DNA of 64,000 bases from Camelus dromedarius (Eukaryota): positions 93,622,001-93,686,000 of the forward strand of contig NC_087472.1 of assembly GCF_036321535.1 (NCBI RefSeq), written 5' to 3'. The position numbers and the translations under genes are program-made. A model generated the notes under the pieces. It was not told the DNA's origin. It saw only the letters and a program-made list of their open reading frames with translations, and ran no database searches. Shown here in pieces: positions 52,657-62,169 of this stretch. How positions within the stretch are numbered: position 1 is the first letter of the stretch; every line of letters starts with the position of its first letter.

Positions 52657-53920
52657 ATGGAAACAATGTGGCCCCCTACCTCTTTATGGTACCTGGTAGC
52701 AGCTTACTTGCTGGCATGGGACCCACCTGAAGATTGGGATACAGTGGCGCACTGGCCAGATGACTTCCGGAAAGCTCTGGAGTTGTTGGAAAACAATGTC
52801 CCACAGGCCCACCAGGAGGCGGCCGGGAGGGTAGCCTGGATGTTTTTATTGTCTTACACCATGCCAGCTGAGAAAATAGAGAATTACAGATACATTAGAG
52901 CAGTTACAGCGTAAGGAAGAGGAACTCGAGCAGACTCGGTATGGCAGAAAGATGCCTGCATGGCTCCAGTTCCACCGCCTCTTCAACAGTGGTAAACCCA
53001 GTTCCCCCATTCCGCTGTGTCTACGACCCATGGTGCGGCAGCGGGTGGAACTAGAGGAACCCATGGCCCAGGGAGGAGCTCCTGTGGGACCACAGCGAGC
53101 GACTCGACAAACCACCTACACGTCTTACACGTCGATGGAATTGTGGGACCTGGCAAAGCAGTGTAAACAGCTTATGGGTGAGTCAGTCCCCGCATGGCTA
53201 TTACACCTTTGGGATGATGGGGCCGACCAGACTGAACTATCTCCAAAGGAAATGGGCCAGATGGCCAGTATAACAACCGTCCCTTCATTGCGGCAACGGC
53301 TGCAAAACATTCCCCAGTCTAATACTAATGCTGGCAACCATACATTAATAAACTGGTTGATGGCTCCTGCATGCACTATATGGGATATTTCAGGGGATTT
53401 ACCTGAACACGTGAGTAAATGGACCACGTATTTGGATCTAGCGCAAGTTGTCTGAGAAATGGGAATGCACCAAATGATGTTTGCTTTGCAATTCAGCAGC
53501 CCAGATGACGAAGTTCTTACAGCTTGGATGCAGGACTTGATTTTGGCTAATGGCCCAGCGGGAACGTTTGGGACCGTGGTGGCACTACTAGCGCCGTATA
53601 TAGACCGCCCCATACATGAGGTAATTGAGGCTCTGGCTCATCTAGGGGATGTAAAGGTGTGCCAGAAGAGGGTACGTACTGCCAAGACTCAAGGTGAATT
53701 CACAGCTTCCTCCCATGCAGTGACTCAGAAAGGAAAGCCCACACAAGGGGGAAAAAAGCACCAGAAAGTAAGTCGCTGACAAATATGGTGCAGCTTACTG
53801 GCGGCTGGCTTGACCATGCAAAATTGGACAGCCAACCATTGGAGGCCCTGATGGCCCTATGGAGGAAATTACAGCCTGAGCAACAATATACCCCATTGCT
53901 GACCTCCCTACAAGCCTGAG
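52657..53920 (+). pseudogene. gag: ERV-S/ERVL-type gag, disrupted
   Basis: ORF pieces 52657..52914, 52952..53455 (AWLLHLWDDGADQTELSPKEMGQMASITTVPSLRQRL) and 53459..53779; the last two are separated by a single in-frame TGA. Confidence 0.85.
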
Positions 53921-53959
53921 AGGTGGCCCTTACTGATTTTCTCCCAGGCTACGGGGAAG

Positions 53960-54865
53960 GCCAAGGCGTTCAGGACATGGGGAACCTCGGCAACCAGAGG
54001 CCACATGTTGAACTGACTATCCACTGGTCCCCCATGAACAAACAGCAGGTATTGGCATTAGTAGATACAGGAGCTGAAATTACATTATTACATGGAAATC
54101 TGGATTGCTTTCAGGGACCATGAAAGCAATCCCGTAGAGGGATATGAAAGCAAGCAAATGCAAGTTAAACGAGTGAGTCTGACTTTAGGTATTGGCCACT
54201 TGCCCCATGCTGCATGTAAAGTACATATATCCCCAGTAGCTGAGTATATCCTGGGAATAGACATTTTACTAGGATTGCAAATACAGATGACCCAAGGAAA
54301 ATTTCGCCTGAGAGTTCCTGTGGTGAAAACAGATAGGACGGACTATCTTAAAACTTGAGAAAGCCGGTATTATTCAGCCAACACAGCCCGTATAACTCTC
54401 CAATGTGGCCAGTATGGAAGCCAGATGGCTCCTGGAGGATGACAGTGGACTATCAAGAACTGAACAAAGTCACCGCTCCATGCATGCAGCTGTGCCAAGT
54501 ATAACAGATTTGATGGACCACCTGTCCCACAAACTGGGTACTTACCTCTACATGGTTGACCTGGCCAGTGCATCCTTCTCTATAGATAAAGCCCCTGAGA
54601 GCCAGGAACAGTTTGTGTTTCTACCTGGGAAGGTAGACAATGGACGTTTGTTGTGTTACCATAGGGATATTTGCACAGCCCCCACACTGTGCCATGGCCT
54701 GGTGGCTCAGGACCTGGTTACATGGAGCAAACTGGACACTGTTCATTTGTTCCATTATATAGATGACATAATACTAACCTCTGATTCTCTTTCAGATTTG
54801 GAAACCAGTGCCACAGCTCTGCGGGAAGCCCTGGTGGGCTAGGGGTGGACTGTAAACAACAAAAT
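53960..54865 (+). pseudogene. pol: Protease plus N-terminal RT, truncated (no RNase H or integrase)
   Basis: LALVDTGAEITLLHGN (protease DTG); [39 protein letters not shown]. Confidence 0.92.
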
Positions 54866-55768
54866 GGCAGTACCTGGAGGGCAAGGAAACCTGCTCTGTG
54901 GCAGTACTTGTTCATGTAAAATGGACAAGTCTTAGCCCCTTCTGTATCGAACAGCAGTTTGAATGCAAGGCCCCAAACCGCACAGTGAGATGGCTCCCCA
55001 AAGGGCTATGTGCCCACATTACTCGCAATGTAAATGCCTCTACTTAGTGGGATGGACAGCGTTTGATTGGCACAAAACCCACAGATTTCCTGCCACCAGG
55101 GTATCTCTGGGTATGTGGCACCCATGGATGGTCATATCTCCTGGCTAAATGGACAGGGCACTGTACTTGGGGTAAAGTGTACTTGCCTGGTCATATCCGG
55201 CCCACTTTAACAGAACACCCCACGAACCGGAATCCGCTGCACACCTGGTGGCACCACGAAGGGTGTGCAGCTTGATGGTGTTATCCCATGGCCCTGTTCC
55301 TGCCTCGTGCGGGGACCATCAGTGTAGAGTTGCAGGTAAAGGCTTTAGCTCAGCACATATCAGCTGCATTAAATGTCACTAGAAAAACCATAGAAGAATT
55401 ATTAGATGAGACCACCCAAATGCAGAATGTGGTCTTACAAAACAGGATGGTGTTAGATATTCTCACTGCAAGCCAAGGCAGCACATGTGCTATGTTACAT
55501 ATTGAATGCTGTATCTATATAGCAGATCACCAGAAGGAAGTAGCTGAGGCACTACAAAAAAATAGATCAAGAACTAGATCACATAGACCATGTAACTCAA
55601 GACCCCCTTAAGAATTGGTGGTCATCCTTAAACTCCTCCTGGAGATGGGGCCTAACTGTCCTGGCCGTTGTAGCTGCCTGCTTAGTGATAGGATGCTGTT
55701 CACTATATTGTTGTTGTAGTCTTTGGGCACAGGGCTTGGCTCTATGGGCCATGGTCCCCATTACCTAG
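54866..55768 (+). pseudogene. env: env remnant (C-terminal SU plus TM, gamma-type)
   Basis: GYLWVCGTHGWSYL..WTGHCTWG; ISD LQNRMVLDILTA; CX6CC CAMLHIECC; membrane anchor WRWGLTVLAVVAACLVIGCC; TAG at 55766-55768 overlapping the PPT. Confidence 0.92.
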
Positions 55769-55777
55769 GGGGTGGAA

Positions 55778-56104
55778 TGTTGGCAGTCTTAAGTGAGTAG
55801 GCCGTGGGACCCAGGTTAAAGTTCACAATAACTTGCATGTGTATGAGGTAAGAAGTAAATGTATGCATGCGCTAGTAGCATGAATAAGCATTATAAACAA
55901 TACACATGCGCCAATAGCATGCGTAAGTATTGTGAACAATATGCATGTGCAGGCATAATAAAAGGACAAGTGCATACACCTGAGGGCACGCCACCCGATT
56001 GTACAGCAATAAAGTGCTGTTTTGCTCTATTTTGGCTCCTCGCGCCTTCTTCCAGTTGGGCAGCTCACCTCCTCAAATCCCTCTCCAGTCTCCCGCGGCT
56101 GACA
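55778..56104 (+). repeat. 3' LTR (327 bp)
   Basis: Follows the PPT; ends cccgcggctgaca; followed by TSD cgttg. Confidence 0.96.
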
Positions 56105-56499
56105 CGTTGAAGCAGGTTCTCACCTGACTACATGAGAAATTATTATCAAGAGAAGATGGAATAGATGTTAGATAGATAAAAAATGTTTACTACATTTAGA
56201 AATGGATTCATTTTTGTGTATTCAGGAGTGTTAACACCTTTAAGGCTGCAAATTTGGAGTATGGGAGAGAATAGAGGCAGAAACTTTGAAGCATCCTAGA
56301 AATTGCCCACAGACCATTCCTACTAAAGAGTCATGCGATGTTACTTAATGCTATTTAAGATTTAGTAAGTAAATGGGAAATGCATAGCAGTGTTTGAGGT
56401 CAGATGAGGGTGACTTAGGTGAAAAAATAGAAGTTATCAGTAAAAATAGGTTTTTATATTTTAACATTTACAAGATTATAGTGAAGTACTCAGAAGTAA

Positions 56500-57051
56500 C
56501 CAAATAGTAGACTTTGTCCTGATATTGTGGCAGATGCAAATTAGTACAAACACCTGGGTTGGTTTGCCAAGTGGCCATGTCTGAGATTAAGATAATAGAG
56601 CAGAGTCCTCTGGACTTGTGACTAAAACATGACCCAAATTGAGCCAATCTCAGAACTGCGTACCACTCTCTTCTCAGTGTATTTGAGCTAAAAGATGTGC
56701 ACATGATTCAAGCTGGGCCATGTGGATCCTTTCCTGATCGTCTTCAAAGTGGTGCTGCGAAATAGAAATCTTTCAGCACCAGTCACAGCACTTAAAGACT
56801 GTAAGCTGAGAAGAGCCTGCAGCAATATCCTACTTCATGTGGAGATATTGTTTTGAGAGAATAATTAGGCACATGGAGACAGGCAGAGATGAGAGATGGA
56901 GGGGAAAGCCCAGTGGCATTTCACTTACTAATTCCAGTGCTCTCAGGCCAACTCAAGCTCTACCCTCCCCAGATACTCAGCCAACAAAGACCACTTAAGT
57001 GTAGAGTTTCAGTTGTGTGTTTCTTACTTGAAATCCAAGTCCTGACTAAAC
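56500..57051 (+). mobile_element. MaLR LTR (MLT1K/L-like)
   Basis: catgacccaaattgagccaatc...gagtttcagttgtgtgtttcttacttgaaatccaagtcctgactaa. Confidence 0.65.
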
Positions 57052-57629
57052 CAAGCAATTTAGAAACAATCTGAAATATTAGGGAAGATTTTAAGAAGCA
57101 CTAGACAAAAACAAAAACAAAAACTAAACAAAAAATAAAACTCAGGAAGTGTGGTAGCAACAAAGTAAACAAAAATTTAAAAACCCCTATGAAACAAAGA
57201 CAGAAGAATCATGGAATTGAGACTAGAGAAACTTGCTTCTGGGTTTCTTTTTAGAAATATTGGATGGATGATCTAGATTAAGCAGCTGCGGTAGTTAAAT
57301 AATCATTCTCCAAGGAAAAAAAATAGTAAAGTGCTGTGAATGAAGCTCATCTGTGAAAGAGACTTTAACACAAAGGCACCTATGACTTTTGGGTTGGGAA
57401 GGGCCAAGACCAGGGATAACTGGTTAACAGAAAGCTCTGCAGATAAGCAGACTTACACTAAAGAGTAACAGTAAAAGTTTCCTGTCACTAATTTGGCAAA
57501 CACGTGAATATTTTCCCATTATTAGTTGACAGTATCACCTTTCTGTGATAGAGTGAGGCAACACAAATATTATTTTAAAAAGTAAGCATTTCTCTTATGG
57601 TCTTGTTTTGTATAATTGGGAAGGGCAGC

Positions 57630-58117
57630 CTATTCTGTGTTCTGCTCACACTCTATCAGGCCCCCTTTACTGTTTTTGTGCACATGGCTTCCCAGTAAGC
57701 TTTCACTCCTATCTGCCAGCACCTGTGTGGTCTGAAACGCCCCTCCGGCTGCAGAACTGATTTACCTGAACTGAGAAAGCCAGAAGTTCCTGGTGATTTA
57801 CGATCCCCAAGGCGCAGTGCTTCACTACTGAAGGCTGGTCAGCTGATTGCAGGGGTATAAATACTCCAGCTTCTTTGCCCTCTGATTGAGACAACTCAAG
57901 GTGTGATCCAGAGAATGGTAACTTTGACACTAATTTAAAGTTACTCTCTGTGGGACTCTGCTGACATAGTCACTTTTTGTTTTCTCTATCCCACTTCTTT
58001 CTATTCATTGACTTTTTTCTCCCCATTATTTGTTCACTTGTTTGTTTTTCCACTGAAAAGACTTCATAATAAACTACCTTCATGCAAATCCTCATCTTTG
58101 GGAAAACCAAACTGAGA
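57630..58117 (+). mobile_element. Ancient ERVL LTR (LTR16/LTR33-like)
   Basis: ggggtataaatactccagcttctttgccctctgattgagacaactc...aataaactaccttcatgcaaatcctcatct..gggaaaaccaaactgaga. Confidence 0.65.
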
Positions 58118-59299
58118 ACTGGATGTACCTTATAGGCTGACAATATGTTAGCTGGCAGTACATATCCAGGACTGCCTTTTATTTTTTCCCCTTACAGTAG
58201 TGTTTCTTGGAGGTTATTTGTCCTGAGTAGGGATATTTTCGCCTCATGTCCAGTAAGTAAGCTTGTGATTTTTATTTTGGTAAAAATGCAATGACTGATT
58301 ACTTGGGTGGGGACCTTTTTCTCTGCTTGGAAAGGAGCCTTACTGACTGGAACCACTTCTTTATCTTGAAAGCTTTCAGAGCCACAGCCATCACCTTAAG
58401 AAGGAGCACTCCACACTGATAAGATATGTCTTGCAAATCCATTATTTTTAGTGAAAAAACATCACAGTTTCTATCAATTCAGTTTATAAACTTGACCACT
58501 AATTCATGCCATAGAAGTCTGTCTCTTTTATGTGTAAAATAAGCAAACAGGAATATTTGAAGTGAAACTTAATAAATTAATAGGTTTGGTAATGATTATT
58601 TAAGAAAAAAATTCCTGGGAATTTTTCTCTTTCACAATACAAAATGCTCACAGAATAATAAAAAATTATTTTTAAAGTATTTTGACAAGCAAATATTCTC
58701 CTTGTTAATCTCCATTGTTATTTGTACTTTTAAAACAAAACCATAACTGCAAACAACTACTTATGAGCAAAATCTTTGAGTCTGTCAGGATTTGATTTGC
58801 TCTAGCTGAACTAGACTTTGTGACTTCCATTTTCTCTTTGTTCTCACTGCTGCACATGTGCTATCTAGTACTGTGTCCTCTGCGTAGCTCTCTGTGGTAT
58901 TATAAAACAGACCTTTGAAACTACTGTTGGGCTTTTTTTTTCTTTCTATAACTAATCTCAGTTTCCTCTTTTTGCTTAGTACATTGTTTATTTATTTATT
59001 TTGAGGTTACACAAATAGATGTTACAAAAGCAGGTTACAAAAACACATTGATTCACTGAACCTCATGTATAACTTAACCTAGTTGTTGCTTACCAGACAA
59101 GAAAGGATTATTTTACTTATTCCTAATAATTAAATCATTTTAAGAAAAGACCAAATACTCATAGGACAAAAGTCACTAGATCAATGCCTGTACCTGTCAA
59201 AGGAAAGTTACAACATTTTCTATCAGTTGCCTTTTATCTTTCCTTTAACTCCTCTTCTCTTCCCACTACCCCTCATCATGGACCTTTTAATCATAAATG

Positions 59300-59470
59300 T
59301 TGGCTATTCCACGTATAGTCCTTGGACCAACAGAGCATCTGTAAGTATCATCAGGAAGCTGGTTAGAAATTCAGAATCTTTGGCCCTCCCCAGACTTACT
59401 GAATTGGGATCTGCTTTTTAACAGGATTCTCCAGTAGATTCATATGTACCTTTAAGTTTGAGAAGCATTA
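59300..59470. mobile_element. MER5A-like hAT-Charlie element
   Basis: gtccttggaccaacag...gttagaaattcagaatct..ggccctccccagacttactgaat...aagtttgagaagca. Confidence 0.85.
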
Positions 59471-60059
59471 GTGTAGAGGACAAGCTATAGTGTTTATTGT
59501 TGAAACCAATTAGCCCTTTTAATCTTCTGTGTGGGTATTATTTTACAATTAAATAGCATTGGACTTGTATTCTTTTTAAAATGGTATTTATTTAAGGCAT
59601 AAATATACTATAGATATAAAAGATGGTATATGCTGAAAATAATTTTGTTACAAATTGTGTAGGATTTTTACTTTACAGCATACAAGCATAGAAAACAAAA
59701 TTATCTTTTAAACCAGAAATGAAAAAAAGAAAAAGATTATCATCTGTCAATTGCCTACATAGTATATTCCACAAAATAGTACTGAAAAACAAATATGCCA
59801 TGTTACTGGCAAGGTTTGTCAGAGTTAGAAAAATCAAAATTATTTAGACTATCTTGACACATTTACACTATAGAATATTTTCCATCCAAGCAAAATTATG
59901 ATATGTTACCTGGATAGATATGACCTAAAATTACGTAAACTGTTTACTTGTAAGGTTAAGTAGCTACTTCTTATATTTTTTTCTTATACTATTTTATAAA
60001 GTAATCAACGTCTCGAAAGCAACCAAATGTATTCAAACACAATGCTGTTCTTTCCAGAA

Positions 60060-60340
60060 GAATGGAGTGACGTGAATCAGTGCTCTGGAGTCCAAGCTCT
60101 CAGGGACCGGGCAGGGCGGGGCTGCTTTATAGGTAAGTGGGGGAGGGGGCAGAGTGCTTGCCCGACAGGCGCAGGCGCACTGCTCACGCTCCAGCTCGCA
60201 GTGCCAGGCGCGTCTCTGTACCCGCCGCCGCCATTTTGAAGGCGTCCGGCGCCGCGCTTCCGCTCGCGCCCTCCCAAATTGTTTCTGCGCTGGGAACTCT
60301 AATTCTACATGTAAAGGTGCAAGGCTTCTGCGCTGGGGTC
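60060..60340. promoter_or_regulatory. CpG-island-like promoter region
   Basis: About 22 CpGs in 60101-60340 (hand count) in an otherwise CpG-depleted window. Motifs: TGACGTGA 60068-60075, GC box 60114-60121, NRF1-like GCGCAGGCGCA 60169-60179, YY1 CCGCCATTTT 60228-60237. Confidence 0.8.
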
Positions 60341-60615
60341 CCTACAGGCAAGTAAAACTAGACTAAGATTAGACCTTATCACCTAGATTCCGTTTTATTT
60401 TTCCCAGGGACCCCAGTGGGCTTTGCTAGTGATAAAACCCCCCTCTGCCTTTCGTTCCCTCCTCATTCTCAAGGGACGCTGAGGGGCGCAAGTCCGTCTT
60501 CCATAAGGGCTTCCTGCTGAGTTTGGGAATCCTCAGAACCCGGGGTAGGGGAGGAGAATTTCTCCTCAGTTACTTTTAGATATGTGTGATTGTCACTAGG
60601 CTTAACTGCTCAGGC

Positions 60616-60930
60616 CTATCCAGCCCTGAGCGACCTCTGTTTGTCTAATCTTTTGGAAACAGAGGACACCAGACAGTTTAAGATACACAGCCCAAATGTC
60701 AGCAAGAGAATAGTGGTTATTAAGGGGCCCAGGAGAGGTACAAACCAAGTGACGCTGGGGAGGGCTTGTGTTACCGTGCTCCACATTCGTTTGGCCAGAT
60801 TAGGCTGGCTGCCTTCCGTTTGCAAGTTGCATTTTCCAGTAGCCTGTCCATACTTTCTTCAGTCAGGCCACCTGTTTTGACGTAAAAGCAACATGATGTA
60901 TTGGGCATCACACAGACCCTTTAACCCTGG
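60616..60930 (-). pseudogene. env: env TM C-terminal remnant
   Basis: CX6CC CVMPNTSCCFY at about 60875-60915; membrane anchor WFVPLLGPLITTILLLTFGLCILNCLVSSVSKRL. Confidence 0.88.
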
Positions 60931-61029
60931 TCAGCTCAACAGATCCTGAAATCTCTACTGCTTGGCAAGGCATATAAGAATACTTACCTTTTGCCGTTTT
61001 TTCAGAAAGGGAGTTTTAGTTCAGAGACA

Positions 61030-62169
61030 GATTCACAAGAGTAATCAGGGGTCCGTTGTCTTGGGTTGTTTCTCTGGAGGTTGGGGCTCAGGAGCCCTCT
61101 TCACTTGGCTATGATGCCCCTCATAGAGTGATCCCTGAAGCTTTGGGGCCGAATGAGTGGTTAGGATCACTAAATGGGGTCCGTTCCACTTAGGAGTGAG
61201 CTTATCTTGTGGGCTTTTTAGATGTAACTTTAACGTATCCATTGGGGCTAACCTCATGCTGAGCAGGGCAATCAGGAGCAGGTTAATCCAATTTTCTTGA
61301 GTTTAATGCTTCTATCCACTTGGAAAATGTGTCTACTAACACCAAGAGATACCTAAAATTGCCCGGTACTCTAGGCGTAGCAGTGAAATCAGTCTGCCAA
61401 TATTCTCCAGGATAAGTCTCTCTGCTTTGAATGACTGAGTCTGGGAGGGCCAGGGCAGGGGCCTGAAGTAATTGCTTTTTCACTTCTTGAAAGGCCCCTT
61501 CATATTCTTAATTCCATGCAAAAGAATCATCATCCTTTCCTTTCAACTTTTCATATACAGGCCCAGCTATTAGACCATAGTTAGGGATCCAGATGTAGCA
61601 AAATCTGGCCATTCCCAGGAATCTCTTAAGCTTTCTTCTGGTTTTAGGAGGGGGCAAGGATGCAAATGGTTTCTTTCCTTTCCTGGGGAAGGCTTCTCTG
61701 ACCTGTTCAAATGAAGCCAAAGTAGTTCACCGTGCTTTGTGATATTTGAGCCTTTTTCTTGGACTCTTTATATCCTTTATTGGCTGGGTGGTTTAGGGTG
61801 GTTACATGTTTTTGTCAGAGGCCTCTTCAGTAAGGCTAGTGATCAGAACGTCATCTATATACCAGAGGAGGGTTTCCTCCTCCAGATGTAGATCTTTTAC
61901 ATCTTCAGCTAAAGTGTCCCCAGAGGTGGTGGGGGAAGTTTTGAACCCTTGGGGCAGGACTATCCAACTGTATTGTTTTTGTTGCACGTTGAGTCCTGCT
62001 GCTCAGAAGCAAAAATTTCTTTCCCTGATACGCCTATAATTTTACAACTCTTGCGATTGAGTTTATCTGATCTGGTGTTCAGAACTAAGTGGCACTGGTA
62101 TCAGCTAAGAATTCGATAGGCTTTCCCCCTATGTTCATTGTCAGCCAGGGCTCCTTGAGGGTCACTGGA
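61030..62169 (-). pseudogene. pol: pro/pol remnant with large deletions
   Basis: Protease IEFLADTSAT; RT WIVLPQGFKTSP..WYIDDVLI; FLGMARFCYIWIPNY; QAPALALPD fused to integrase PGEYWQTDFT..LVLVDTFSKWIEA; IN C-terminus PKWNGPHLVILTT. Confidence 0.92.

Larger units (their letters stand above)
52238..56104 (+). mobile_element. Class III (ERV-S-like) endogenous provirus, internally deleted, two LTRs
   Basis: LTRs 52238-52589 and 55778-56104 (TG..CA); TSD cattg / cgttg; tRNA-Ser PBS; gag-pro-RT-env remnants; PPT agggggtggaa at 55767-55777. Confidence 0.96.

Noticed and set aside
53125..53613. 162-aa antisense ORF over ERV-S gag
   Set aside because: Shadow of a GC-rich coding frame; no independent evidence for an antisense protein.
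60184..60234. Minus-strand ATG MAAAGTETRLALRAGA in the CpG island as a gene start
   Set aside because: Stops after 16 codons with no good donor; the ATG is part of the YY1 motif.
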